DNA of 64,000 nucleotides from NCBI GenBank assembly GCA_965205165.1, contig OZ242037.1, positions 937,619 to 1,001,618 on the forward strand. The letters are read 5' to 3'. The stretch comes from Dehalococcoidia bacterium (GTDB lineage Bacteria; Chloroflexota; Dehalococcoidia; Bin125). Numbering within the stretch: the stretch's first letter is position 1; the number at the start of each line of letters is the position of its first letter. The notes beneath the pieces are model-generated. The model made no database searches. It saw nothing but the letters and a program-made list of their open reading frames with translations, and was not told the DNA's origin. A program made the position numbers and the translations under genes. Below, one piece after another: positions 19,398-30,600 of the stretch.

Positions 19398-21107
19398 ATG
19401 AGCAGGCGCGAAATGTGGGACCGGATCCGCGGCGATCGGCTGTCGAGGCGCTCGCTGCTGGCCGCATCGGGACGGGCCGGATTGGGCGCGGCCGGGCTGG
19501 CGCTGGTCGGCTGCGGCGATGATGACGACGATGACGCGCAACAGCAGGCGGCGGCGCAGCAGTCATCGGACGCGCAAGCGTCCGGGACCGCGGCGGCGGA
19601 TCAGCAGGAACAGCAGCAGCAGGCCCAGCCGGCCGCGGCCGCGGGCGGGCCGCAGCGCGGCGGCGTGCTGCGGATCGGCTCCGACCTTTCGCTCACCACC
19701 TACCGGGCCCCCTACCTCTCCTCCTCGGCCCACATCCCGCTCTACATCCCCTTCTGGGACACCCTGACCAAGTACTCGCCCAACGGGCTCGACCCGCAGC
19801 CCCACCTCGCCGAGTCATGGGAGTTCAACGACGACCAGACGATGCTCGAGGTGAAGCTGCGCCCCGGCCTCGAGTTCCACAACGGCAAGTCGATGACCGC
19901 GACCGAGGTCAAGAAGAGCCTCGAGGCGATGGACGACGAGGGCACCGCCAACAACCAGGTCAAGGGCATCTTCACCAAGTACGTCGAGAGCGTCGATGCG
20001 ATCGACGACACGACGCTGCAATTCAACCTCGCCTGGAGCGGCACGCTGATCTTCGACGTGCTCAACTACGCGCAGATCCACGACGCCGATTCGATCGCGA
20101 AGCTGGACGACTATGCGGAGCTGAACGGCAGCGGGCCGTTCAAGTTCGACCCGACCGCCTACCGCGTGGACGAGTTCTCGCGCGGCGAGCGCTTCGAGAA
20201 CTTCTACGACCCGGCCCTGCTGGACGGCGTCGAGCTGCACGCCTTCTCCGACGCGGCGGCGATGTCGCTGGCGCTCAACGCGGGCGAGATCGACCTCACC
20301 AACCGGCTGCCCAAGCAGGACTACGACCGCTACAACGCCGACCCCGATTTCGAGGTCGTGGTCGCGCCACCCACGCTCGCGATCTGGGTGCTCGGCATGG
20401 TCATCCCCAACGAGAACGGCGGCCACGAGGCGTTCGACAACCCCAAGGTGCGGCAGGCGCTCTACCGCATCGTCGACCGCAAGCGGATCGCCGAGGAGAC
20501 CTTCGCCGGCCTCGCCCAGCCCAAGAACATCCTTTGGCCCTCCTTCTCGCCCGGCTACGACGCCGCCCGCGACCGCGACTACTTCGACCCCGAGGAGGCG
20601 GCCCGGCTGCTCGAGGAGGCCGGCTACGGCCCCGGCGAGCTGACCATCGAGCTGGCCCACAGCGGCGGCGAGGCGAACGAGATCTCGCAGGTGATCCAAG
20701 CCGGCGCGGCCGAGGCGGGGATCAACATCAACATCCAGCTGCTCGAAGCCGCCGTCGCGCGCGAACGCTTCCTCGGCGCCGGCAACGAGGCCTACCTCTC
20801 CTCCTACGCCTTCTTCGCCCTGCACCCGCAGACCCTGCCGGTGATGAACTTCCAGATGCGCATCCCCAACTCCTGCGCCTACGGCCCCGACTACTACCAG
20901 GAGCTGATCGACAACTTCGGCACCGCCGACACCGACGCGCGCCGCAACGCGCTGCTGGAAGAGTTCAACACGATCCTCGACAACGAGCCGTGGATCGCGC
21001 CGATCGTCACCCGCAGCGACGTCTGGGCCTGGGCCTCCAAGGTCAACGGCGTCGAATTCGACGTGCTCAGCATCCCCTCGATGCAGAAGATCTGGATGGA
21101 CGCGTAG
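19398..21107 (+). CDS. ABC transporter substrate-binding protein, family 5 (Opp/Dpp/Nik-like); Tat signal plus lipobox
   Basis: MSRREMWDRIRGDRLSRRSLLAASG...LVGCG gives a twin-arginine motif and a Cys lipobox. A Gln/Ala-rich linker follows, then the SBP_bac_5 body. Confidence 0.85.
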   Translation: MSRREMWDRIRGDRLSRRSLLAASGRAGLGAAGLALVGCGDDDDDDAQQQAAAQQSSDAQASGTAAADQQEQQQQAQPAAAAGGPQRGGVLRIGSDLSLTTYRAPYLSSSAHIPLYIPFWDTLTKYSPNGLDPQPHLAESWEFNDDQTMLEVKLRPGLEFHNGKSMTATEVKKSLEAMDDEGTANNQVKGIFTKYVESVDAIDDTTLQFNLAWSGTLIFDVLNYAQIHDADSIAKLDDYAELNGSGPFKFDPTAYRVDEFSRGERFENFYDPALLDGVELHAFSDAAAMSLALNAGEIDLTNRLPKQDYDRYNADPDFEVVVAPPTLAIWVLGMVIPNENGGHEAFDNPKVRQALYRIVDRKRIAEETFAGLAQPKNILWPSFSPGYDAARDRDYFDPEEAARLLEEAGYGPGELTIELAHSGGEANEISQVIQAGAAEAGININIQLLEAAVARERFLGAGNEAYLSSYAFFALHPQTLPVMNFQMRIPNSCAYGPDYYQELIDNFGTADTDARRNALLEEFNTILDNEPWIAPIVTRSDVWAWASKVNGVEFDVLSIPSMQKIWMDA

Positions 21108-21144
21108 CGCCGCCGCAGCGTCCGGCCGGAGAAGGGAACGACCG

Positions 21145-22887
21145 ATGAGCGATCGCGGCTACTGGGAGCGGATCCGAACCGAGCGGATGGGCCGCCGATC
21201 GCTGATGGGCGCGGGCGCCCGCGCCGCCGTCGGCGCGGCCGGCATGGCCCTCGTCGGCTGCGGCAGCGACGACGACCAGCAGCAGGCGCAACAGGCCCAG
21301 CCCGAGCCCGCGGCGGCCGCGCAGCCGCAGCAACAGCAGGAGCAACCCGCTCCGCAAGAGCAGCAGGCCGAACCGCAGACGGCCCCTTCCGGCGCCATCG
21401 CCTACAAGGACGACGGCGTCCGCAAGAAGGGCGGCGTCCTCCGCGCCGGCTGGGCCAACGGCTCGCCCGCGATCTACCTCGCCCCATACGCCGCCTCGCC
21501 CGACACCGTCTTCTACCCGGCCCTCTGGGACACCCTGACCAAGTACGACTCCGAGGGCCTCAACCCGCAGCCGCACCTCGCCGAATCCTGGGAGTTCAAC
21601 GACGACCAGACGATGCTGATGGTCAAACTGCGCCCCGGCCTCGAATTCCACAACGGCAAGCCGATGACCGCCGAGGAGGTGCGCAAGAGCCTCGAGCGGA
21701 TGGACGACGAGGACGTGGCCAACAGCCAGGTCCGCTCGATCTACAACAAGTACGTCAGCGAGGTCACCGCCGTCGACGACACGACCCTGCAGTTCGACCT
21801 CGCCTGGCCCGGCACCACGATCTTCGACGTGTTCCAGTGGGCGCAGATCCACGACGCAGACGACATCGAGGGTCTCGAAGGGCTGGTGCGCGTCAATGGC
21901 AGCGGGCCCTTCAAGTGGGACCCCGACGCCTACGAGGTGGACGTCTACTCGCGCGCCGACCGTTTCGAGAACTTCTACGAGCCGGCCAACCTCGACGCGA
22001 TCGAGTGGCACATCTTCCAAGATTCGGATTCCATGTCGCTGGCGCTGCAGAACGGCGAGATCGACCTCACCCACCATCTGCCCAAGGCGTTTCACGCGGG
22101 CCTGAACCCCGATCCCGACTACAACCTGCAGCTGGCCCCGCCGACCGGCTCGATCTGGGTGCTCGGCATGGTCGGCACCGGGCGCGGCGGCGGCCATCCG
22201 ATGATGGACGACCCCACCGTGCGGCGGGCGCTCTACCGCTGCATCGACCGCAAGCGGATCACCGAGGAGCTGTTCGAGGGGCTCGCCTCCGTCAAGAACG
22301 TGGTCTGGCCCTCCTTCTCGCCCGCCTACGACGAATCGCTCGACGTCGACTACTTCGACTTGGACGAGGCCAAGCGGCTGATCACCGAAGCGGGCTACCC
22401 CGACGGCACCCCGACCCTTCCCATCGCCTGCCAGGCGGCGCGCGAGGAGGGCATCCAGATCGCCCAGATCATCCAATCCGACGCCGCCAAGGCCGGAATC
22501 AACGTCGAGCCGCAGCGGATCGAGAGCGCGACCTGGATCGAGCAGTTCCTGGCCGGCACCCACGAGGCGATGTACGTCTCCTTCTACGGCTTCTACGCGC
22601 TCCACCCGCAGTCGCTGCCGGTGATGAACTTCCAGATGCGCATCCCCAACTCCTGCGCCTATGAGACGCCCCACTACCAGGCCATGATCGACGGCTGGCC
22701 GACCGCGGACTCGGAGGCCAAGCGCCAGCAGCTGCTGGACGACTTCAACAAGATCCTGGACGAGGAGCCGTGGGTCTCGCCGATCTCGACGACCGTCCAG
22801 ATCTGGGCGATGCAGTCCAACGTCAAGAACCTCTGGTACGACATCACCGGCATCCCGCGCATGCACCACGTCTACTTCGACGGCTAG
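21145..22887 (+). CDS. ABC transporter substrate-binding protein, family 5 (paralogue of the upstream SBP); Tat signal plus lipobox
   Basis: MSDRGYWERIRTERMGRRSLMGAG...LVGCG, followed by a Q-rich linker. Long colinear similarity to the 19398..21107 protein (e.g. PQPHLAESWEFNDDQTML, MNFQMRIPNSCAY). Confidence 0.85.
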   Translation: MSDRGYWERIRTERMGRRSLMGAGARAAVGAAGMALVGCGSDDDQQQAQQAQPEPAAAAQPQQQQEQPAPQEQQAEPQTAPSGAIAYKDDGVRKKGGVLRAGWANGSPAIYLAPYAASPDTVFYPALWDTLTKYDSEGLNPQPHLAESWEFNDDQTMLMVKLRPGLEFHNGKPMTAEEVRKSLERMDDEDVANSQVRSIYNKYVSEVTAVDDTTLQFDLAWPGTTIFDVFQWAQIHDADDIEGLEGLVRVNGSGPFKWDPDAYEVDVYSRADRFENFYEPANLDAIEWHIFQDSDSMSLALQNGEIDLTHHLPKAFHAGLNPDPDYNLQLAPPTGSIWVLGMVGTGRGGGHPMMDDPTVRRALYRCIDRKRITEELFEGLASVKNVVWPSFSPAYDESLDVDYFDLDEAKRLITEAGYPDGTPTLPIACQAAREEGIQIAQIIQSDAAKAGINVEPQRIESATWIEQFLAGTHEAMYVSFYGFYALHPQSLPVMNFQMRIPNSCAYETPHYQAMIDGWPTADSEAKRQQLLDDFNKILDEEPWVSPISTTVQIWAMQSNVKNLWYDITGIPRMHHVYFDG

Positions 22888-22943
22888 CGGGCAACGGGCC
22901 GGCGGAAACCTGAACGGCGAGGATCAACGGAAAGCGGCGGCGC

Positions 22944-23900
22944 GTGGGCAGGTACCTGATCCGCCGCTTCCTCGAAGGCGTGCTCGTCGTCTTCCTGGCC
23001 AGCATCGTCATCTTCCTGATCATCCGCCTGATCCCCGGCGACCCCGCGCAGCAGCTCGCCGGCGAGGATGCCACGCTCGAGGACGTCGAGCGCGTCCGCG
23101 AGCAGCTCGGCCTCAACGACCCGTTCCTGGCCCAGTACTGGAACTGGATCTCCGGCGCCGTCCAGCTCGACTTCGGGCGCTCCTTCACCAAGCGGGTCGA
23201 GGTGCGCGACCTGGTCGCGCAGTCGTTCCCGCCCACGATCGAACTGGCCGTGGCCGCCTACCTCTTCGCGCTGATCGTCGGCGTCCCGCTCGGCATCGCC
23301 GCCGCCGTCTGGGCCAAGAAGCCGCCCGATTACGGCGCGAGCATCTTCAACATCCTCACGCTGGGCATCCCCAATTTCGTGCTCGGCATCATCCTGCTCT
23401 GGGTCTTCGCGGTCGAGCTGGACTGGTTCCCCGTGTCGGGCCGGGTCAGCGTGTTCGATGATCCGCTGCAGGGCCTGCACCGGCTGGTGCTGCCGATGAT
23501 CGCGGCCGGCGCGACCATCGCCGCCGTGCTGGCCCGCTTCGTGCGCACCTCGGTGGCCGAGGCGCTGGCGCAGGACTACGTGCGCACCGCCCGCGCCAAG
23601 GGCCTGCGCTCCAGCCGCGTCGTGCTCTCGCACGCGCTGCGCAACGCGCTGATCCCGATCGTCACCATCGCCGCGCTCCAGATCGGCAACCTGCTCGCCG
23701 GCGCGATCGTGGTCGAGATCGTCTTCACCCGGCCCGGCTTCGGCAACCTGATCATCGACGGCATCGTCGGCCGCGACTACCTCGTGATCCAGGCGATGCT
23801 CGCCATCCTCGTCTTCCTCTTCGTCGCCGCCAACACCGCGGCCGACATCACCTACGGCTACCTCGACCCCCGCATCCGCGTCTCCGGGCTGCGCTCATGA
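22944..23900 (+). CDS. ABC transporter permease (DppB/OppB-like)
   Basis: 318 aa, six TM segments, BPD_transp_1 features. Confidence 0.85.
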   Translation: MGRYLIRRFLEGVLVVFLASIVIFLIIRLIPGDPAQQLAGEDATLEDVERVREQLGLNDPFLAQYWNWISGAVQLDFGRSFTKRVEVRDLVAQSFPPTIELAVAAYLFALIVGVPLGIAAAVWAKKPPDYGASIFNILTLGIPNFVLGIILLWVFAVELDWFPVSGRVSVFDDPLQGLHRLVLPMIAAGATIAAVLARFVRTSVAEALAQDYVRTARAKGLRSSRVVLSHALRNALIPIVTIAALQIGNLLAGAIVVEIVFTRPGFGNLIIDGIVGRDYLVIQAMLAILVFLFVAANTAADITYGYLDPRIRVSGLRS

Positions 23901-24793
23901 GCGCCTTCGATCCCCCCGTCGCCCGCCCCTGGCTGCGCCGCATGCGCGATCAGTCGCTGACCGTGGACGCCTTCTACCGCACGGTCACCAACCCGCAGGG
24001 GTTCATCGGCGTGGTGATCTTCGGCGGGCTGATCCTGCTGGCGATCTTCGCCGACCTGATCGCGCCCTACGGCGAAGCCGAGCAGATCCGCGGCGCGCGC
24101 CTGCTCTCGCCCACCTCCGAGTACTGGTTCGGCACCGACGACCTCAACCGCGACATGTTCAGCCGCATCCTCTTCGGCCTGCGCATCTCGCTCTACGTCT
24201 CCGTCGCCGGCGTGCTCGGCGGCGGCGCGGCCGGCACCATCATCGGCTTCCTCGCGGGCTACGCCGGCGGCTGGCTCGAAACGATCCTGATGCGCCTGGT
24301 CGACACCCTGCTCGCCTTCCCCTTCCTGCTGCTCGGCATCGCCGTGCTCGCGATCCTGGGCACCGGCACCGAGCAGGTCGCGCTGGCGCTGGGCATCGCC
24401 AACGTGCCCGTCTTCGCCCGCATCGCCCGCGCCCAGCTGCTGACCGAGAAGGAGCGGGACTACGTGCTCGCCGCCCGCGCCATCGGGGCGGCGCCGGGCC
24501 GGATCATCTGGCGCCACATCGCCACCAACGCGCTGCCGCCGCTGCTGGTGCAGGGCGCGCTGGCCATGGCCTTCGCCGTGATCGCCGAAGCCACGCTCAG
24601 CTTCCTCGGTCTCGGCGCGTCCCCGCCGACGCCGACGCTGGGCATCATCCTCGCCGACGGCCGCCGCTGGCTCTTCGCCGGCGCCTGGTGGTTCGTGCTC
24701 TTCCCCACCTTGGGCCTCAGCCTGATCCTGCTCTCCCTCAACTTCGTCGCCGACTCCGTAGTCGAAGCCATTGACCCCCACCGCCGCCACTGA
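23897..24793 (+). CDS. ABC transporter permease (DppC/OppC-like)
   Basis: 298 aa. 4-nt overlap with the upstream permease. Confidence 0.85.
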   Translation: MSAFDPPVARPWLRRMRDQSLTVDAFYRTVTNPQGFIGVVIFGGLILLAIFADLIAPYGEAEQIRGARLLSPTSEYWFGTDDLNRDMFSRILFGLRISLYVSVAGVLGGGAAGTIIGFLAGYAGGWLETILMRLVDTLLAFPFLLLGIAVLAILGTGTEQVALALGIANVPVFARIARAQLLTEKERDYVLAARAIGAAPGRIIWRHIATNALPPLLVQGALAMAFAVIAEATLSFLGLGASPPTPTLGIILADGRRWLFAGAWWFVLFPTLGLSLILLSLNFVADSVVEAIDPHRRH

Positions 24794-24842
24794 GCCGCGG
24801 CGGTAGAATCACGATGGCGGCCCGACCGCCGGAGGAACCGCC

Positions 24843-25298
24843 ATGGCCACCCGCGAGCAGATCGGCGAGGGAACCCCCAGCCGCCCCGCCAAGCGCCGAT
24901 GGCGCTTCCCCTTCCGCCCCATCCACCGTCTCGAACCCGGCCCCGACCAAGAGCTCTACACGTCGGCCCTCGCCCCCGGCTGGTGGAAAGACCTCTTCAA
25001 GCGCCCGCGCCGCCTGAAGCCGGGACCCGATCAGGAGCTGTACACATCAGCGCTTTCACCCGGTTGGTGGCGCGATCTCTTCAAGCACCCTCCGAAACCA
25101 AAGGCCGGACCCGGGCAAGAGATGTACTACACCGGGTTCTCGCCCGGCTGGTGGAAATACCTCTTCAAGCGCCCCCCGAAGCCCAAGGCCGGACCCGGTC
25201 AGGAGATGTACTACACCGGGTTCTCACCCGGCTGGTGGAAGTACCTCTTCAAGCGCCCCCCGAAACCCAAGGCCGGACCCGGGCAGGAGATGCATTGA
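24843..25298 (+). CDS. tandem-repeat protein of unknown function (4.3 x 28-aa repeats, GP(D/G)QE(L/M)Y..(S/A)PGWW(K/R).LFK.P.KPKA)
   Basis: Strong RBS (ggagga) 8 nt upstream of the ATG. Four 84-bp tandem DNA repeats differ mainly at synonymous sites. Confidence 0.6.
   Translation: MATREQIGEGTPSRPAKRRWRFPFRPIHRLEPGPDQELYTSALAPGWWKDLFKRPRRLKPGPDQELYTSALSPGWWRDLFKHPPKPKAGPGQEMYYTGFSPGWWKYLFKRPPKPKAGPGQEMYYTGFSPGWWKYLFKRPPKPKAGPGQEMH
24938..25298 (+). repeat. 4.3 tandem copies of an 84-bp unit (coding repeat inside the 24843..25298 CDS)
   Basis: Units begin ggccccgaccaagag / ggacccgatcaggag / ggacccgggcaagag / ggacccggtcaggag. Copies 3 and 4 are near-identical. Confidence 0.85.
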
Positions 25299-25305
25299 TC
25301 CGGCC

Positions 25306-25857
25306 TCATGCGGCCACGGCGGCGATGGCAGAGACGCTGACCGCGAGCGCCGCTGCCCATACCAGAACGAGCGATGCATTGCAGAAACTCCGCTTGAGGC
25401 GGAGGGGCTCGGTGTTCGCGGAGATCGCGTCGCGCACTTGAGCGGATGCCCATTCGACCAACTCCGGCAGCTGGAGCGATGCACCTTGCCGTGCGAGGGC
25501 GCCACTGTCGGGCGCGTCCACCAAATCGCCGAATGCGATGTAGGCGTACATGGCGACGGTGATGCCGGCGCTGGTGAGCAAGGCGATGATCACCACGGCG
25601 GCGATGAGCGCGGGGGAGAAGATGCTCTGCTCCGACGCGCGGTCGGCGAAGAAGATCGCGGCGGCCAGCAGGGCGATCAGCGCGGCGCTGAACCGCATCG
25701 AGGTTTCCAGCTTGCGGTCGATCAGCTCCGCCAGCGCCAGCTGCGAAGCCAGCCGCCGTTCGAGCCGCTCATAGACGAATAGCGCCCGCCGGGCGCGCTG
25801 CCCGGCCCCCTGCGCATCGGGGTCTTCCGCCGCGGGATCCTGCTCGTCGCCGTTCAC
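25306..25857 (-). CDS. hypothetical membrane protein
   Basis: 183 aa with two or three hydrophobic helices (AALIALLAAAIFFA; IAAVVIIALLTSAGITVAMYAYIAF). Convergent with the repeat protein. Confidence 0.45.
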   Translation of the reverse strand: MNGDEQDPAAEDPDAQGAGQRARRALFVYERLERRLASQLALAELIDRKLETSMRFSAALIALLAAAIFFADRASEQSIFSPALIAAVVIIALLTSAGITVAMYAYIAFGDLVDAPDSGALARQGASLQLPELVEWASAQVRDAISANTEPLRLKRSFCNASLVLVWAAALAVSVSAIAAVAA

Positions 25858-25950
25858 GGCGGCAGTCTATGTCCCGAGCCGCCCGTGCCGGGTCTGCGGG
25901 TATCCTTGCAGTTCGCGCGGCGCGGGCCGCGAACCCGGGAGTTCGGCGGC

Positions 25951-27654
<1,704 letters not shown>

Positions 27655-27658
27655 CCCG

Positions 27659-28669
27659 ATGCCCTCAGAAACGCAGCGCCAAGACCGCGTCTTCGCCGGC
27701 ATCCGCGCCACCGGCCGCCAGCACATCGGCAACTACCTCGGCGCGATCCAGAACTTCGCCGCCCTGCAGGCGCGCTACGAATGCATCTATTCCATCGTCG
27801 ACCTGCACTCGCTGACCACCCTCGAGGAGACGCGGGCGCTGCGCGGCAACGTGCGCGAAACCGCGCTCGACCTGCTCGCTTCGGGGATCGACCCCGAGGA
27901 TTCGATCCTCTACGTGCAGAGCCACGTGCCCGAGATTTCGGAGCTGCACCTGCTGCTCAGCATGGTCACGCCGCTGGGCATGCTGCTGCGCGTGCCGACC
28001 TTCAAGGAGAAGGCGCGGGCCCAGCCGGACAACGTCAACTACGGACTGGTCGGCTACCCCGTGCTGCAGACCGCCGACATCATCCTCTACAAGGCCAACA
28101 AGGTGCCGGTCGGCGAGGACCAGCTGCCGCACCTCGAGCTCGCCCGCGAGATCGTGCGCCGCTTCAACCGCAACTTCGGCGACACCTTCCCCGAACCGGA
28201 AGCCGAGCTGACCAGCGCCCCGATGGTGCTCGGCTTCGACAACCGCAAAATGAGCAAGTCCTACGGCAACGCCGTGGACATCGCCAGCACCCCCGAAGAA
28301 ACGACCAAAGCAGTCCGCAGCGCGATCACCGACCCCCAGCGCGTCCGCCGCACCGACCCCGGCCGCCCCGAAATCTGCAACGTCTACAGCCTGCACGGCT
28401 TCTTCAACGAAGCCGCCCAGCCCGAAATCGCCACCCAATGCCGCAAAGCCGAAATCGGCTGCGTGGACTGCAAGATGCACCTAGCCGAAAGCATCAACCA
28501 AACCTTCGCCCCCATCCGCTCCAAGCGCGAAGAACTGGCCGCCACCCCCAAAGCAGTAGACGAAGCCCTCCAAAACGGCGCCGACCGAGCCGGCAAGATC
28601 GCCCAACAAGTCCTAGCCGAAGTCAAAGAAAACGTCGGCCTCCCAACAGTTCACGGATCGTCGATCTGA
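27659..28669 (+). CDS. trpS: tryptophan--tRNA ligase
   Basis: GIRATGRQHIGNYLGA (HIGH region) and KMSKS are present. 336 aa. Confidence 0.92.
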   Translation: MPSETQRQDRVFAGIRATGRQHIGNYLGAIQNFAALQARYECIYSIVDLHSLTTLEETRALRGNVRETALDLLASGIDPEDSILYVQSHVPEISELHLLLSMVTPLGMLLRVPTFKEKARAQPDNVNYGLVGYPVLQTADIILYKANKVPVGEDQLPHLELAREIVRRFNRNFGDTFPEPEAELTSAPMVLGFDNRKMSKSYGNAVDIASTPEETTKAVRSAITDPQRVRRTDPGRPEICNVYSLHGFFNEAAQPEIATQCRKAEIGCVDCKMHLAESINQTFAPIRSKREELAATPKAVDEALQNGADRAGKIAQQVLAEVKENVGLPTVHGSSI

Positions 28670-28779
28670 TGCGCATCTGACCAAACAGACGCGACGGGCC
28701 CAAGCACGATGAAGCGCAGATTTAGTCCTCCGGGCTTAGGGTGGTCGGCGGCTAGGGTGGGTTCGGCGGCGGGGTGAAC

Positions 28780-28900
28780 GGACGCCCATGAACTGACCCA
28801 AGCCCAATACGAGCGGATCGCGCCGCTGCTGCCGGTGCAGTGCGGCAACGTCAGGCTGCCCAATCTGCACCTGCTCGCCCGCGACGCGCTGACGCTCGGT
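28780..28900 (+). pseudogene. remnant of an IS4/IS5-family transposase N-terminus (DUF4096-like LTxxQ(W/Y)xRIAPLLP), disrupted
   Basis: Translates ...ELTQAQYERIAPLLPVQCGNVRLPNLHLLARDAL after an in-frame stop right behind the ATG. No intact downstream DDE domain. Confidence 0.4.
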
Positions 28901-29506
28901 CTCTCCTCCAGCCAGACACCCACAGCGCGGCCGACACGAGCTGCTCGAACGCCTCGGCCGTGCGGGGACGGACCCGCCCTGCTGATGGACCGCGCCTAAC
29001 TAGGGCGCCGCCACCCGCGGCCTCACCCCACGCTCGACTGGGAACCCCGTCGTGCCGCCGAAGCGCAGCCAGCGCGAGCCCTGAGACTACGACCCCGCGC
29101 CCCGCAAGCGCGTTCGGGGATGCGCCAACCTTGTGCGTGGGATGCCCGGAGGCGCGGCGCACCCGGAGATCGGCAACGAAGCGCTGAATGCGCCGGACAC
29201 GCCGTATCTCGAGGCGCTCATCCGGGAACAAGCGACGTGAACCCCGTCCGGCTGCTGTTCGCAACTCAGGCGGAAGAGACGCGGATGGCGGCACCGACAG
29301 GCGGAAAAACAAGGAGTGCGGCCGTTTGAGCTTGGCTGTCAGCTTGGTCAGCTGTTCCGTTGTCGGCCTGTCGATTCCGTGGACCAAACCCTGATCACCG
29401 CCTCGTCGGCTTTCAGATGTTTGGCGATCTCGGCGTAGTCATAGCCCGCCTCATTGATCGGCCACTCGATCACGTTCGGCGTCGCCAACTCTTCCTTGGC
29501 GGGCAT
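28851..29506 (-). pseudogene. frameshifted HTH-containing ORF, possible degraded transposase/regulator
   Basis: From the ATG at ~29506: MPAKEELATPNVIEWPINEAGYDYAEIAKHLKADEAVIRVW, then a stop. The reading continues in another frame (GLVHGIDRPTTEQLTKLTAKLKR...) and then degenerates into Arg/Gly-rich sequence. Confidence 0.3.
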
Positions 29507-29522
29507 CGGCTGCTCCCGCTGC

Positions 29523-30398
29523 TCACTGTATTCCGGCGTCTTGTTCGACGGTGGGGAGGGTGGCTTGGACGGAGCGGCGGGATTGGCCGCGGTTGGCGGC
29601 GCGCATCAGGGTGTCGGCGGCGGCGCTGGCGATGGGGAGGGGCATGCCCTGCTCGCGGGCGACTTGGACGGCGAGGGAGACGTCCTTGGCGGCCCATTGC
29701 AGGAAGAAGGTGGGATCGTCGAACCGGCGCTCGAGCAGGGCGGGCATGCCGCGCACGTAGGCGCGGGCGGAGGCGACGCTCATGATCTCGTGCGCCTTGG
29801 CCGGGTCGAGGCCGGACTTTTCGGCGAGGGCGACGCCCTCGATCAGCACCTGCATCGAGGTGATGCCGACCATGTTGTTGACAATCTTGGCGACGCAGCC
29901 CATGCCCAGCTCGTCGAGGAAGAAGACGTTGTTGCCGATCGATTCGAGCACGGGGAGGTACTTGCCGAACTCGGCCTCCGTGCCGCCGACCATCACCGCG
30001 AGTTCGGCGTTCTGCGCGCCGATCACGCCGTTGGAAACGGGCGAATCGACGAGGGTGACGCCGCGCTCGGCGGCCCGCTCGGCGAGCATGCGGACGGTGG
30101 AGGGCAGGTTGGTCGAGAGGTCGAAGCAGACGAGGCCGGGGCGGGCGCCGGCGAGGATGCCGCCGTCGTCGCGGAAGACGGAATCGACCTGCGCCGGTCC
30201 CGGCAGCGAGGTGAGCAGCACTTCCGCCCGCGCCGCGACCTCCGCGGCCGAGCCGGCCCAATCAGCGCCGAGCTCGACGAGGTTCGCCGTGTGCTCCTCG
30301 ACCGCGTCGTGGACGATCACCCGGTGCCCACCCTTGAGCACGTTGGCGCACATCGGGTTGCCGATCTTGCCCGTTCCGATGAATCCGACATCCATGTC
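29523..30398 (-). CDS. NAD(P)-dependent oxidoreductase, 3-hydroxyisobutyrate/6-phosphogluconate dehydrogenase family
   Basis: MDVGFIGTGKIGNPMCAN is a Rossmann N-terminus. ...GTEAEFGKYLPVLE...VALAEKSGLDP is the family C-terminal domain. Start at the internal ATG of the track ORF. Confidence 0.85.
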   Translation of the reverse strand, partial: DMDVGFIGTGKIGNPMCANVLKGGHRVIVHDAVEEHTANLVELGADWAGSAAEVAARAEVLLTSLPGPAQVDSVFRDDGGILAGARPGLVCFDLSTNLPSTVRMLAERAAERGVTLVDSPVSNGVIGAQNAELAVMVGGTEAEFGKYLPVLESIGNNVFFLDELGMGCVAKIVNNMVGITSMQVLIEGVALAEKSGLDPAKAHEIMSVASARAYVRGMPALLERRFDDPTFFLQWAAKDVSLAVQVAREQGMPLPIASAAADTLMRAANRGQSRRSVQATLPTVEQDAGIQ

Positions 30399-30600
30399 GC
30401 ACCTCCTCTGGGAAGCGCAGGGTAGCCGCCTGCGCGATCCCCGCGAAAGTTGACGGGCGCTCCGCGCCGCCCTAAGATGAGGGTGCGCGCTGCGGATGAC
30501 CGCTGCCCCCGGGCAACGGAACAGGCCGCGCAATCCATCTGCCCCGCCATCCGGTTAGCGCACCGAAGGGCGGGGAACCCTTTTTCAGGTTTCGGACATC

